From the sequence record SRR31156797_9811: 36,225 nt of DNA, one strand, 5' to 3'. The notes below the pieces were generated by a model. It searched no databases and was not told where the DNA came from. It worked only from the letters and a program-made list of their open reading frames with translations. Shown piece after piece: positions 18,435-26,621 of this stretch. Within the stretch, counting starts at the first letter, position 1; each line of letters starts with the position of its first letter. The position numbers were made by a program, and so were the translations under genes.

Positions 18435-19620
18435 AAAACGAGTGAAAATGACCAATATAAGCCCTGACATCTCGAAGGTTAATCTTCAGATATGCTCTCG
18501 TTGTATTTATGATGAGCGAGTTTCAGGTATTTCTTTTGATGAAGAGGGTGTGTGTAACTATTGTCATCAGCAAGATTCTCTTGTGGAGCAATATGGAACC
18601 GGGAATGCGAAAGGAGAAGCCGCGTTCGACGAAATAGTCGAAGATATGAAACTTCAGGGAAAGAATAAGAAGTATGATTGTATTATTGGCGTAAGTGGTG
18701 GGACAGATTCATCCTATATGCTTCATCTTGCCAAGGAAAGAGGGCTGCGCCCGTTGGCTGTGCATTATGATAATACCTGGAACACGGCAGTTGCCACACA
18801 GAACATTCGAAAGATGTTGGAAGCATTAGATATTGATTTGTATACACACGTCGTCAATAACAAGGAATCTGATGATATATTCAAATCATTCTTCATGGCT
18901 GGTGTTGCAGAAATTGAGGCTGCGACGGATTTGGCATTGGCGGAAGTCATGTACAGGGCTGCAAATAAATGGGGGATAAAATATATTCTTGAAGGTCATT
19001 CCTTTATTGCAGAGGGAATAACTCCTCTTGGGCGAAATTACTTTGATGGTAAGTATATTCAGTCCATTCACGCCCAGTACGGTACTCGGCCGATGAAGAC
19101 GTATCCGCTTATGACTTTTTCTCGTTTTTTGTGGTGGGCATTGGCGTGTCGCATCAAAAAAGTGCGTCCATACTGGTATATAAAGTATTCGAAAGAAGAT
19201 GCAATGAAACTCCTGAAAGAGAAATATGGGTGGGAGTATTATGGTGGGCATCATCTTGAAAATCGTATGACGGCCTTTGCGCACAATGTATATTTCCCGG
19301 AGAAATTCAATTCTGATTTTAGAAATAATACTTTGTCGGCTCTCGCTCGGCATGGTCGATTGTCGCGGGCTGAAGCATGGCGTCAATACAATACTCCACG
19401 TGCTGTTGAAACAGGACTTATAGCCTATTTTTGCAAGAGACTTGGTTTGTCTGAAGAAGAGTATAGTAAAATTATGAGCCGTCCTCCGAGGTCTTGGACG
19501 GAATTTCCAACGTACAAAAAAAGGTTTGAGCGTTTCCGTCCCCTTTTTGCTGTTCTCGCAAAAGCGGAACTCGTTCCATACAGTTTTTATATCAAGTACT
19601 GCTTTCCAACGGGGCTATAG
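18424..19620 (+). CDS. N-acetyl sugar amidotransferase (PseA/WbpG/WbuX/AglX family)
   Basis: CSRC...GVCNYC zinc site, YDCIIGVSGGTDSSY PP-loop, GLRPLAVHYDN, GWEYYGGHHLE; alternative start ATG 18448. Confidence 0.92.
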   Translation: MTIEKRVKMTNISPDISKVNLQICSRCIYDERVSGISFDEEGVCNYCHQQDSLVEQYGTGNAKGEAAFDEIVEDMKLQGKNKKYDCIIGVSGGTDSSYMLHLAKERGLRPLAVHYDNTWNTAVATQNIRKMLEALDIDLYTHVVNNKESDDIFKSFFMAGVAEIEAATDLALAEVMYRAANKWGIKYILEGHSFIAEGITPLGRNYFDGKYIQSIHAQYGTRPMKTYPLMTFSRFLWWALACRIKKVRPYWYIKYSKEDAMKLLKEKYGWEYYGGHHLENRMTAFAHNVYFPEKFNSDFRNNTLSALARHGRLSRAEAWRQYNTPRAVETGLIAYFCKRLGLSEEEYSKIMSRPPRSWTEFPTYKKRFERFRPLFAVLAKAELVPYSFYIKYCFPTGL

Positions 19621-20223
19621 ATGATAGTTGTGGTGGATTACGGAATGGGCAACTTGGGCTCAATTAGCAATATGTTCAACCGAATAGGTGTTCAATCGGT
19701 TGTGTCCAATGATTTTGATGTAATACGAGATGCTGAAAAGTTATTGCTTCCTGGTGTGGGGGCCTTTGATGCGGCAATGGGTATTATTCGAAAAACGGGC
19801 TTGAAAGATGTGCTTGATGAAAAAGTTCTTGAGAAGAAAACACCGATTCTTGGCATTTGTCTTGGTATGCAGCTGTTAACGAAGGGAAGTGATGAAGGCC
19901 AAATTCCGGGACTGGGTTGGATCGACGCATATACGTCTCGTTTTCCTCAAAGCGCAGGTTATAAAGTGCCGCATATGGGGTGGAATACAGTTCAGAGGAG
20001 CAATGGGTATCCATGGACCAATGATGTGGAAGAACAGCGATTCTATTTTGTGCATTCATACTATGTGCGAGTCGAAAATGAAGAAAATTCCATGCTGAAA
20101 ACCGAGTACGGTCTTACTTTTGATTCGGGGATTTGCAAAGATAATATCTTTGGATGTCAATTCCATCCAGAGAAGAGTCATAAATACGGGATGCAACTTT
20201 TGTCTTGGTTTGCGAGGATATAA
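19621..20223 (+). CDS. hisH: HisH-like glutaminase subunit of the acetamidino module
   Basis: DYGMGNLGS, LPGVGAF, GICLGMQL, PHMGWN, FYFVHSY, QFHPEKS; abuts the amidotransferase stop, so likely a glycan-dedicated paralogue (WbuY/AglY-like). Confidence 0.93.
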   Translation: MIVVVDYGMGNLGSISNMFNRIGVQSVVSNDFDVIRDAEKLLLPGVGAFDAAMGIIRKTGLKDVLDEKVLEKKTPILGICLGMQLLTKGSDEGQIPGLGWIDAYTSRFPQSAGYKVPHMGWNTVQRSNGYPWTNDVEEQRFYFVHSYYVRVENEENSMLKTEYGLTFDSGICKDNIFGCQFHPEKSHKYGMQLLSWFARI

Positions 20224-20984
20224 TGCTCAGGATCAGAGTCATTCCAACATTATTGCTGCACGACGAGAGTCTCGTAAAAACGACGCGATTCAAGAATCAT
20301 GCGTATATCGGTGATCCGTGCAATACCGTCAGAATTTTTAATGAACTTGAAGTCGATGAGCTTTTGTTTCTCGATATACTGGCAACCCCCTGTGGAGACA
20401 GCCCCAACTACAAACTTCTCGCGGAAGTGGCATCAGAGTGTTTTATGCCTATTGCCTATGGTGGTGGCATCCATTCGCTTGATGACGCGAAGAAGGCTTT
20501 TGATATCGGGATTGAAAAAATTTCCCTTAATTCAGCCTGTTTCGATTCTCCTCAATTGATAACCCAGATCGCGAATCATTTCGGTTCACAGGCTGTTATC
20601 GCATCAATTGATGTAAAATCGACTTTGTTGGGAAATCGTAGGGTGTTTTGCGGCGGAGGAAGAAAAAATACCGGAAAAGATCCTGTCTCATGGGCAAGAA
20701 GAGTAGAAGCACTTGGTGCTGGAGAAATTCTTTTGACTAATATTGAAAGGGAAGGCTCATGGCAGGGATTTGATGTGGAGCTTACCCGGAGAGTTTGCGA
20801 TGCAGTTGATATCCCCGTTGTTGCACACGGCGGAGCCGGCTGCGTCGATCATATTGCCGAAGTCGTCAATGAAGGAAAGGCCTCGGCTGTTGCTCTTGGA
20901 AGTATGGTCGTCTTTCAGAAAAAAGGCATGGGTGTGTTGGTCAATTTCCCGAATCGAACAAAACTTTTAAACGCAATACAATAG
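20223..20984 (+). CDS. hisF: HisF-like cyclase-fold subunit (HisF2/WbuZ/AglZ type)
   Basis: TAATG overlap with hisH; MLRIRVIPTLLL, YIGDPCNTVRIFNELEVDEL, ECFMPIAYGGGI, GAGEILLT, VFQKKGMGVLVNFP tail. Confidence 0.92.
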   Translation: MLRIRVIPTLLLHDESLVKTTRFKNHAYIGDPCNTVRIFNELEVDELLFLDILATPCGDSPNYKLLAEVASECFMPIAYGGGIHSLDDAKKAFDIGIEKISLNSACFDSPQLITQIANHFGSQAVIASIDVKSTLLGNRRVFCGGGRKNTGKDPVSWARRVEALGAGEILLTNIEREGSWQGFDVELTRRVCDAVDIPVVAHGGAGCVDHIAEVVNEGKASAVALGSMVVFQKKGMGVLVNFPNRTKLLNAIQ

Positions 20985-20988
20985 TCAA

Positions 20989-22050
20989 ATGAAATACTAT
21001 CTGCATGTAGGTCTCCATAAGACGGCGACAAAGTTTTATCAGCACAGCGTCTTTCCTCATCTTCCTGAGGAGAAGTACACGTATAATCCTGGTTTGTTGA
21101 CTCAGTTGATGGCTGATTTGCTGAAGGCATCATCTGGGGATGTTTCCCTTGTTTTGGACGCGATTGCGGAAGAAAAACAACGGTTGGAAAAGGTTGGTCG
21201 AGATGTCGTGATTTCTCGAGAGGTGATGTCTGGCGATTTGTTTAGCTTTTATCGGGATCATACGGAAACCATTTCCCGTCTTGGAAAGGCATTTGACGAT
21301 GCCGAGATACTTTTGGCTTTTCGGTATCAACCCGAATGGATCATCTCCTGTTACCGTGAAAGTGTACATGAACATCACTACCAGAGCCTCGCAGATTTTA
21401 TTAGTCAGTCCGTAACTGATGATGGGTTTGCCCATGCTGACTACAGGATTTTCGATTACACGAGCATTTTGAAGACCTATTGTGAGACATTTGGAAAAGA
21501 GCATGTCCATGTCTCTTTTTTCGAAAGTTTTTGCGAGGATCAGCCGCAAGCAATACGGGATGTTTGTACTATCCTTGGGCTTGAGAAGCCTCTCATCATA
21601 CAGCGATCTTCCTCCATCCCAAACCGAGGGTATTCCGCGTTGGCAATATCCTTGTCCATTTGGCGTTACAAGACACTAAAGGCGTTAGGGTTACATAAAC
21701 GATGTGTTCATCGGCCGATATTTTTCTTTGGAGAGAACGGGATTCCGGCAGGCTTTAAAAATTTGTCTGTGCTGCCCGATGAACCCTATTGGGGGCAACG
21801 TTTTTTGCGGGACAATGAAGAGGTCCGGTCAGATTCATATCCGAACGTTGGCTTTTGGGAGAAGGTTCAGATGGCTTTGAGTTGGCGCAGTCTCATGAAG
21901 CAGGGCGTTGATAGGATTACGTATGTTGATTCCGACTTGTTGAAAGAACAGCGTGCAGAGATTGAAGTTTATTTTCAGGAAAAGAACAAAGCCTTTGATG
22001 TGTACGCTCGTGAAATCAATGTGGAAATACCAAAACGGTATTTGGGGTAG
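20989..22050 (+). CDS. Sulfotransferase-like P-loop protein
   Basis: YLHVGLHKTATKFYQ (5'-PSB-like), VVISRE, ILLAFRYQPEWIISCY (3'-PB-like R...S), FGKEHVHVSFFESF. Confidence 0.7.
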   Translation: MKYYLHVGLHKTATKFYQHSVFPHLPEEKYTYNPGLLTQLMADLLKASSGDVSLVLDAIAEEKQRLEKVGRDVVISREVMSGDLFSFYRDHTETISRLGKAFDDAEILLAFRYQPEWIISCYRESVHEHHYQSLADFISQSVTDDGFAHADYRIFDYTSILKTYCETFGKEHVHVSFFESFCEDQPQAIRDVCTILGLEKPLIIQRSSSIPNRGYSALAISLSIWRYKTLKALGLHKRCVHRPIFFFGENGIPAGFKNLSVLPDEPYWGQRFLRDNEEVRSDSYPNVGFWEKVQMALSWRSLMKQGVDRITYVDSDLLKEQRAEIEVYFQEKNKAFDVYAREINVEIPKRYLG

Positions 22051-22105
22051 GTGCTGTCTATGACGTTTGCCAATGTTTCAACCCCAAAAGTTGAATGGGT
22101 GTAAT

Positions 22106-23656
22106 ATGGAAGTTGTTCTACTGTATATATTTGCATTTGTAATCCGCATCCTTTTTTTGTGTCCGAATTCCACGGACAGCTGGTTGGTCTGGTATTCTTT
22201 GAACAGCCAGAAAGGACGTTGGTTGAATCATGCTGCCTACAACTCCTGTATTGAGGGGGCCATCGGCAATCCAAAATTGCAATATTTTATTGTGAGCCTG
22301 TTTCCGGAAAAGTACCAAACAAGTGCCGGTAATTTGCTCAATATAGTTTATGATTTCGTCGTGATGACGTTTATATATATAATCGCATTCAATACCGTTG
22401 GCGGAGCCGAGGCCCGGTTGTTCGCCTTTCTTTCTGCAATGATCTATGCGACGGCACCCATTCTTTTGCCGTCAACGGCGAGGCTTACCGGGGTCAAGGC
22501 CCGTACTTTGAGCGGGTTGATAGGCTTTTTGTATTTTATGTCGCTCTCTCAGGCCCTTCTGTTTGATAACCATACCTTTTATCTTGTGTGCGGTGTGATT
22601 TCAGTGCTGGCAGTGTTAGCTTCTTCCTTTGCCATGCAGGTAATAGTCTTCTTTTCTCTTATCCTGTCCATTTTTTATATGAACCCGGCTCCGTTGCTGG
22701 CTTTTGTCATTCCGGTCTGTATTGCCTACTTCATCCCTGGAGTTGGTTTGAAGGAGATTGTTCGTCACAAAATCAATCACTACGGATGGTATTTCAATAG
22801 CTACGTGGGTACTGGGGCTAACAACAGAAACGACTTCAAGGGACTGATGGCAGAGATTCGTGGACAACGCAGGGGCAATATTATTCTGTACCATTTGTTT
22901 ATGACGCAAAGCATTCTGATTGCGATGTATTCTCTTCCGGTGCTTTTTGTTTTGCTTTATTATTGTGTTTTTGACGGAGCTTTTTTGCAGATCATCAGCA
23001 ATAGCCCTGTGTACACCTTTTATGCATATCTCGTCGCGGCTTCCTTTCTGTTGTTCATCATTATATCGACTCGGTATTTCCTTTTTTTGGGCGAGGCGGA
23101 ACGGTATTTTGAATATTCTTTTCCTTTTGCCTGTCTGCTGATGGTGCCTCTTTTTAGCTCGGGACGTTTGTCGGCCCTGTTTGGTATCGGTTTGATTCTG
23201 TACCAAATTACCATTGTGCTGTGCGGTCTCTTTTTTAAATATCGTTTTGAGTACTTCAAGGCCTTTGAATCCTTTAAGCCTGACGACGAGGATGTGGAAC
23301 TTGTCGAGATGATAAAGGGGTTGCCCAATGAGAATCCGAGCATTCTCGTTATTCCGACTAAATGCGCCTTCAAGCTGGCCACGCTGACACCGCCGGAATC
23401 CGGCATAAAATATTTGTTGTATTTCGTGACGAACAAAGTTGATGGATTCAAATACATGAAAAGGGCGTTCACGCATTATGAGTCACTTGATTTTGATTTT
23501 GACTATGTCAGATCAGAATACGGCATCGACACTGTTGTGGTGCTGAACGATCAGTGCAAGGTGCTTCCTGAAGTAACTCAAGAGTTTCTTGCGCAGGGTA
23601 CGGTTGTTGGGCGTAACGAGAGATACACACTGTATTCTTTGTTTGACGGACGGTAG
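22106..23656 (+). CDS. Polytopic membrane protein, possible GT-C-fold glycosyltransferase
   Basis: Start set at ATG 22106; roughly ten or more hydrophobic segments, Asp in the first loop (NSTDSW), GEAERYFEY, soluble C-domain ending YGIDTVVV...NERYTLYSL. Confidence 0.6.
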   Translation: MEVVLLYIFAFVIRILFLCPNSTDSWLVWYSLNSQKGRWLNHAAYNSCIEGAIGNPKLQYFIVSLFPEKYQTSAGNLLNIVYDFVVMTFIYIIAFNTVGGAEARLFAFLSAMIYATAPILLPSTARLTGVKARTLSGLIGFLYFMSLSQALLFDNHTFYLVCGVISVLAVLASSFAMQVIVFFSLILSIFYMNPAPLLAFVIPVCIAYFIPGVGLKEIVRHKINHYGWYFNSYVGTGANNRNDFKGLMAEIRGQRRGNIILYHLFMTQSILIAMYSLPVLFVLLYYCVFDGAFLQIISNSPVYTFYAYLVAASFLLFIIISTRYFLFLGEAERYFEYSFPFACLLMVPLFSSGRLSALFGIGLILYQITIVLCGLFFKYRFEYFKAFESFKPDDEDVELVEMIKGLPNENPSILVIPTKCAFKLATLTPPESGIKYLLYFVTNKVDGFKYMKRAFTHYESLDFDFDYVRSEYGIDTVVVLNDQCKVLPEVTQEFLAQGTVVGRNERYTLYSLFDGR

Positions 23657-23663
23657 GTAGAAT

Positions 23664-24374
23664 ATGGCTGCCCAGAGTGTAGCTGAGCGTTTTGAACAAA
23701 CGGAAGCGCTGGCGATCATACCGGCCCGGGGAGGGTCCAAAGGAATTCCGCACAAGAATATTCACCCGTTGTGCGGGAAGCCTCTGATTGCCTACTCTAT
23801 TGAGACTGCTTTGGCCGCATCCAGTATTGATCGTGTGGTGGTTTCCACGGACGATAAGGAAATCGCCGCTGTTGCGCGGGAATATGGTGCTGAGGTGCCA
23901 TATCTGCGACCAGAGTCGTTGGCTTCTGATTCTGCTGAAATATCAGGCTGCATAAATCATATGCTGCAATGGTTGTACGACGAGCAGGGATACGTGAGTG
24001 ATTTGCATACGGTGCTCTACCCGACCCATTTGTTTCGTAAAGTCTCGTTAGTGGATTCCATGGTGCAAAAGGTTGCTGAAGGTGGATATTATACAGCAAC
24101 AACCGTTCGACAGATTGATGTGCAAGAGTCTCAATATTACGCTCAAGACTGTGGCTGCCTGCAAGTACTTCATGATCGGAAGCGTCCATTGGGCCGGGGG
24201 CAATATTACAGAGGGTATGGTTCAGTGCTTGTCCGTTCAAATCATTTTATGCCGTATTCGCGTTATGCTTCTATATTGACAGATGAAATTGAGTTTATAG
24301 ACATTGATGAGTGGGATGATTTCTATCTGGCTGAGGAAGTCATCACACAAGGACTGTACGATTTCGAATTATGA
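23664..24374 (+). CDS. Acylneuraminate cytidylyltransferase family protein (NeuA/PseF/LegF-like)
   Basis: AIIPARGGSKGIPHKNI, GKPLIAYSI, VVVSTDD, YGAEVPYLRPESLASD, IDIDEWDDFYLAE. Confidence 0.92.
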   Translation: MAAQSVAERFEQTEALAIIPARGGSKGIPHKNIHPLCGKPLIAYSIETALAASSIDRVVVSTDDKEIAAVAREYGAEVPYLRPESLASDSAEISGCINHMLQWLYDEQGYVSDLHTVLYPTHLFRKVSLVDSMVQKVAEGGYYTATTVRQIDVQESQYYAQDCGCLQVLHDRKRPLGRGQYYRGYGSVLVRSNHFMPYSRYASILTDEIEFIDIDEWDDFYLAEEVITQGLYDFEL

Positions 24375-25612
24375 TTTTCATACTTCCCATAATAACCGCG
24401 AATACCGCGATGGACTGGTGCGAGGCGCCGCTTTTGGGCCTGTTGAAAAACACGGTGTCAGAGTTGCTTTCGTTACCGAGCCATTATGATGTTTGGTTCC
24501 TGACAGATTCTTCCGTGATTGAGGAGCTGGTTCGAAAGGGGGGGGCGACATCCGTGTTGCGATTCGAGTCAGACGAAAATGGGTTCACAAGTGAACAGAC
24601 AGCCAACATTATTAAAAATAATTTTGGGGATAAGAGTTCCGTCACGGTTCTTGATCACAGGAACCCTTTGTTGACAGCGTCTTTGCTGATGGATGCGGTT
24701 GAAAAGTACTTTGAAGACAGTCAGTCCCCACTTGTCTCAACGGTTACTCCAGATGATCATCCTGTGCAGTTGCGTACCCTTTATAATGTTGTTGATGTCG
24801 GGATGATTCATCTGCTTGATCGTGGGGCTAATACTGTTGAGAGTCTTCCGGCCCAGCTACATCGTGCGCAAGCTGTTACCAAGGTGTTCCCTTTTGATTG
24901 GCGAATCGTCGAAAGTGGTGATTCGGGGAGTGTCGTCTACATGTCCGGAGAGAAAGGGCTTGTACCCTTTACCTTCGGAGAAGTGGATTCCTGGAGCGAG
25001 ATGTGGGTCAAGGAAAGTCCGACAACGGCGCGCATTGCCTTGGACGTGAACGAGCCCGAGGTATGCGGATATGTTTCATCTTCGGTGGGTTTGAATGGCC
25101 GGACATTTGTATCAGAAGACGGCGGTGAATTGTTTTTTCACAGTGAGGAAGCAGACAATTCCATGATGCAGCTTGTGCCATTTACCAGAGACGGTCTGGT
25201 GTCTGAAAGTCCGATGCTTGTTTCTTTGCAAAACGTGAAAACATGGCTCGGCGAGTTCGACGAACATCTCGCGGGTTTTGCCTATGTCGAGCAAAAGCCT
25301 TCAGTCGGCGGACAGTATACCCATGAAAGCCTTTTTTCGCCTGCAAACGGGTGTTGGTGTGCAAGAACGCAGAGGGGGAATGACGGATGCAAGCTTTCTG
25401 GCAGGCAACGGTTCCCTTCGATTTTTCAAGTTGACCCGAGTTTGTTTGTTGGCACAGTGCAGCAGCTGAGGCATTTAGACGACTTGTTGTCTTCCGGGGA
25501 AGTACGTGGTTTCGAACTTGGCAATCATTCTTGTCTTATTCAAAAGCCGCTGGATGTTCTTCGCTATACTGCACGTTTTCGGTGTGTAAAGGGGGAGGGG
25601 CATGATGCATAA
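24371..25612 (+). CDS. Degenerate NeuA-like protein with a large central insertion
   Basis: ATGA overlap with the upstream gene; FLTD, VLDHRNPLL...LVST...DHP, then GRQRFPSIFQVD...IQKPLD are collinear with the NeuA fold; no PARGGSK loop. Confidence 0.55.
   Translation: MIFILPIITANTAMDWCEAPLLGLLKNTVSELLSLPSHYDVWFLTDSSVIEELVRKGGATSVLRFESDENGFTSEQTANIIKNNFGDKSSVTVLDHRNPLLTASLLMDAVEKYFEDSQSPLVSTVTPDDHPVQLRTLYNVVDVGMIHLLDRGANTVESLPAQLHRAQAVTKVFPFDWRIVESGDSGSVVYMSGEKGLVPFTFGEVDSWSEMWVKESPTTARIALDVNEPEVCGYVSSSVGLNGRTFVSEDGGELFFHSEEADNSMMQLVPFTRDGLVSESPMLVSLQNVKTWLGEFDEHLAGFAYVEQKPSVGGQYTHESLFSPANGCWCARTQRGNDGCKLSGRQRFPSIFQVDPSLFVGTVQQLRHLDDLLSSGEVRGFELGNHSCLIQKPLDVLRYTARFRCVKGEGHDA
24538..24545 (+). 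repeat. G8 homopolymer tract within coding sequence
   Basis: cgaaaGGGGGGGGcgaca, currently in frame (K-G-G-A). Confidence 0.85.
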
Positions 25613-26594
25613 GGGAGGAGGCATGAATTCGCGACTTATGCAATTTGCCGTCAAGAATATGGTGCTTAAATCTGTTTCGGAAAAGTCTGAAAGTACTGAT
25701 ATTTTACAAGAATTTTATCGAGATGTGTGCAACTTGCGACTTCCCAATAGGGGAAGGGCTGTGGATGTTCGATTGCCGCAGTCTGTGGAAAAGTACGTTT
25801 CGCCACCTAATACAGCTTTCCGCGATTTGACTCCTGTTGGAAATCGGCGATTTATGGGCATTGAGGTGTATAGCCGCCGCCTTGTCGAGATAAGCTGTGA
25901 AGATGGCATGCGAGATTTGCCTGTGGAATACGGCGCATTCGCATTGACAGGTACGCCCGACGGCTTTGCTTTTATTACTTCGATAGATCAGCAACTCACT
26001 GTACTTAAACGTGATTTGACTATTCATTCCACTTGTTCGCTAAAAGATTTTGGGGTCAGTGCAAATGGCGCTACCCGGATAACAACTTCAAATGACTCCT
26101 TTGTGGTGGTTGTTCCGGAAAGCAGAAAAGTCCTTTTTATCGATAAGGATTTGCGACTCAAAAAAAGTGTTAATTTGCCGTATGGTTCTACCGTTCATGA
26201 TGTTGTTGGTTACAATGGTGGGGTTTTACTTTCGGAGAGTGTGCCGGTTTGCAATGAATCTGGTGCTCTTCTTTGGATGAATGAGCATGGGGATGTTTTC
26301 ACCATATTTGAAGAATTGGATAGACCTTTCGGGCTTTCGACATATCAGGATTGTATCCTTGTCGGTGATTTTAGAGGATTACATTTTGTTCATGTTGAAG
26401 GAATGATCGTTGGAGGGCATCAATGTATTCCATGGAACGAGTTTGCTCAGAAGGTTCAGGCAAGAAGCGGATATATTTATGAATCCGTTATAGAATTGGA
26501 TAGAGTGACAACGATTGTGAGGTTCGCCAGCGGTGGGATCAGTGCAAATACCAATTTTTGTCTGTGTGAATTTGATTTGAACGATATCCGGTGA
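25602..26594 (+). CDS. Hypothetical beta-rich protein (possible beta-propeller)
   Basis: Open frame in operon; starts at 25602 or 25623 both have G-rich RBS; repeated short strands and an NHL-like LDRPFGL segment. Confidence 0.6.
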   Translation: MMHKGGGMNSRLMQFAVKNMVLKSVSEKSESTDILQEFYRDVCNLRLPNRGRAVDVRLPQSVEKYVSPPNTAFRDLTPVGNRRFMGIEVYSRRLVEISCEDGMRDLPVEYGAFALTGTPDGFAFITSIDQQLTVLKRDLTIHSTCSLKDFGVSANGATRITTSNDSFVVVVPESRKVLFIDKDLRLKKSVNLPYGSTVHDVVGYNGGVLLSESVPVCNESGALLWMNEHGDVFTIFEELDRPFGLSTYQDCILVGDFRGLHFVHVEGMIVGGHQCIPWNEFAQKVQARSGYIYESVIELDRVTTIVRFASGGISANTNFCLCEFDLNDIR

Positions 26595-26621
26595 AAGAAT
26601 TTAACGGCCCCCTTTTGAAGT

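Noticed and set aside
19621-20984. hisH/hisF as a histidine biosynthesis operon
   Set aside because: No other his genes; coupled to an N-acetyl sugar amidotransferase, and the HisF has glycan-type features
22616-23476. 286-aa minus-strand ORF
   Set aside because: Lys/Gln/Arg-rich mirror of the T-rich membrane protein codons; no motifs
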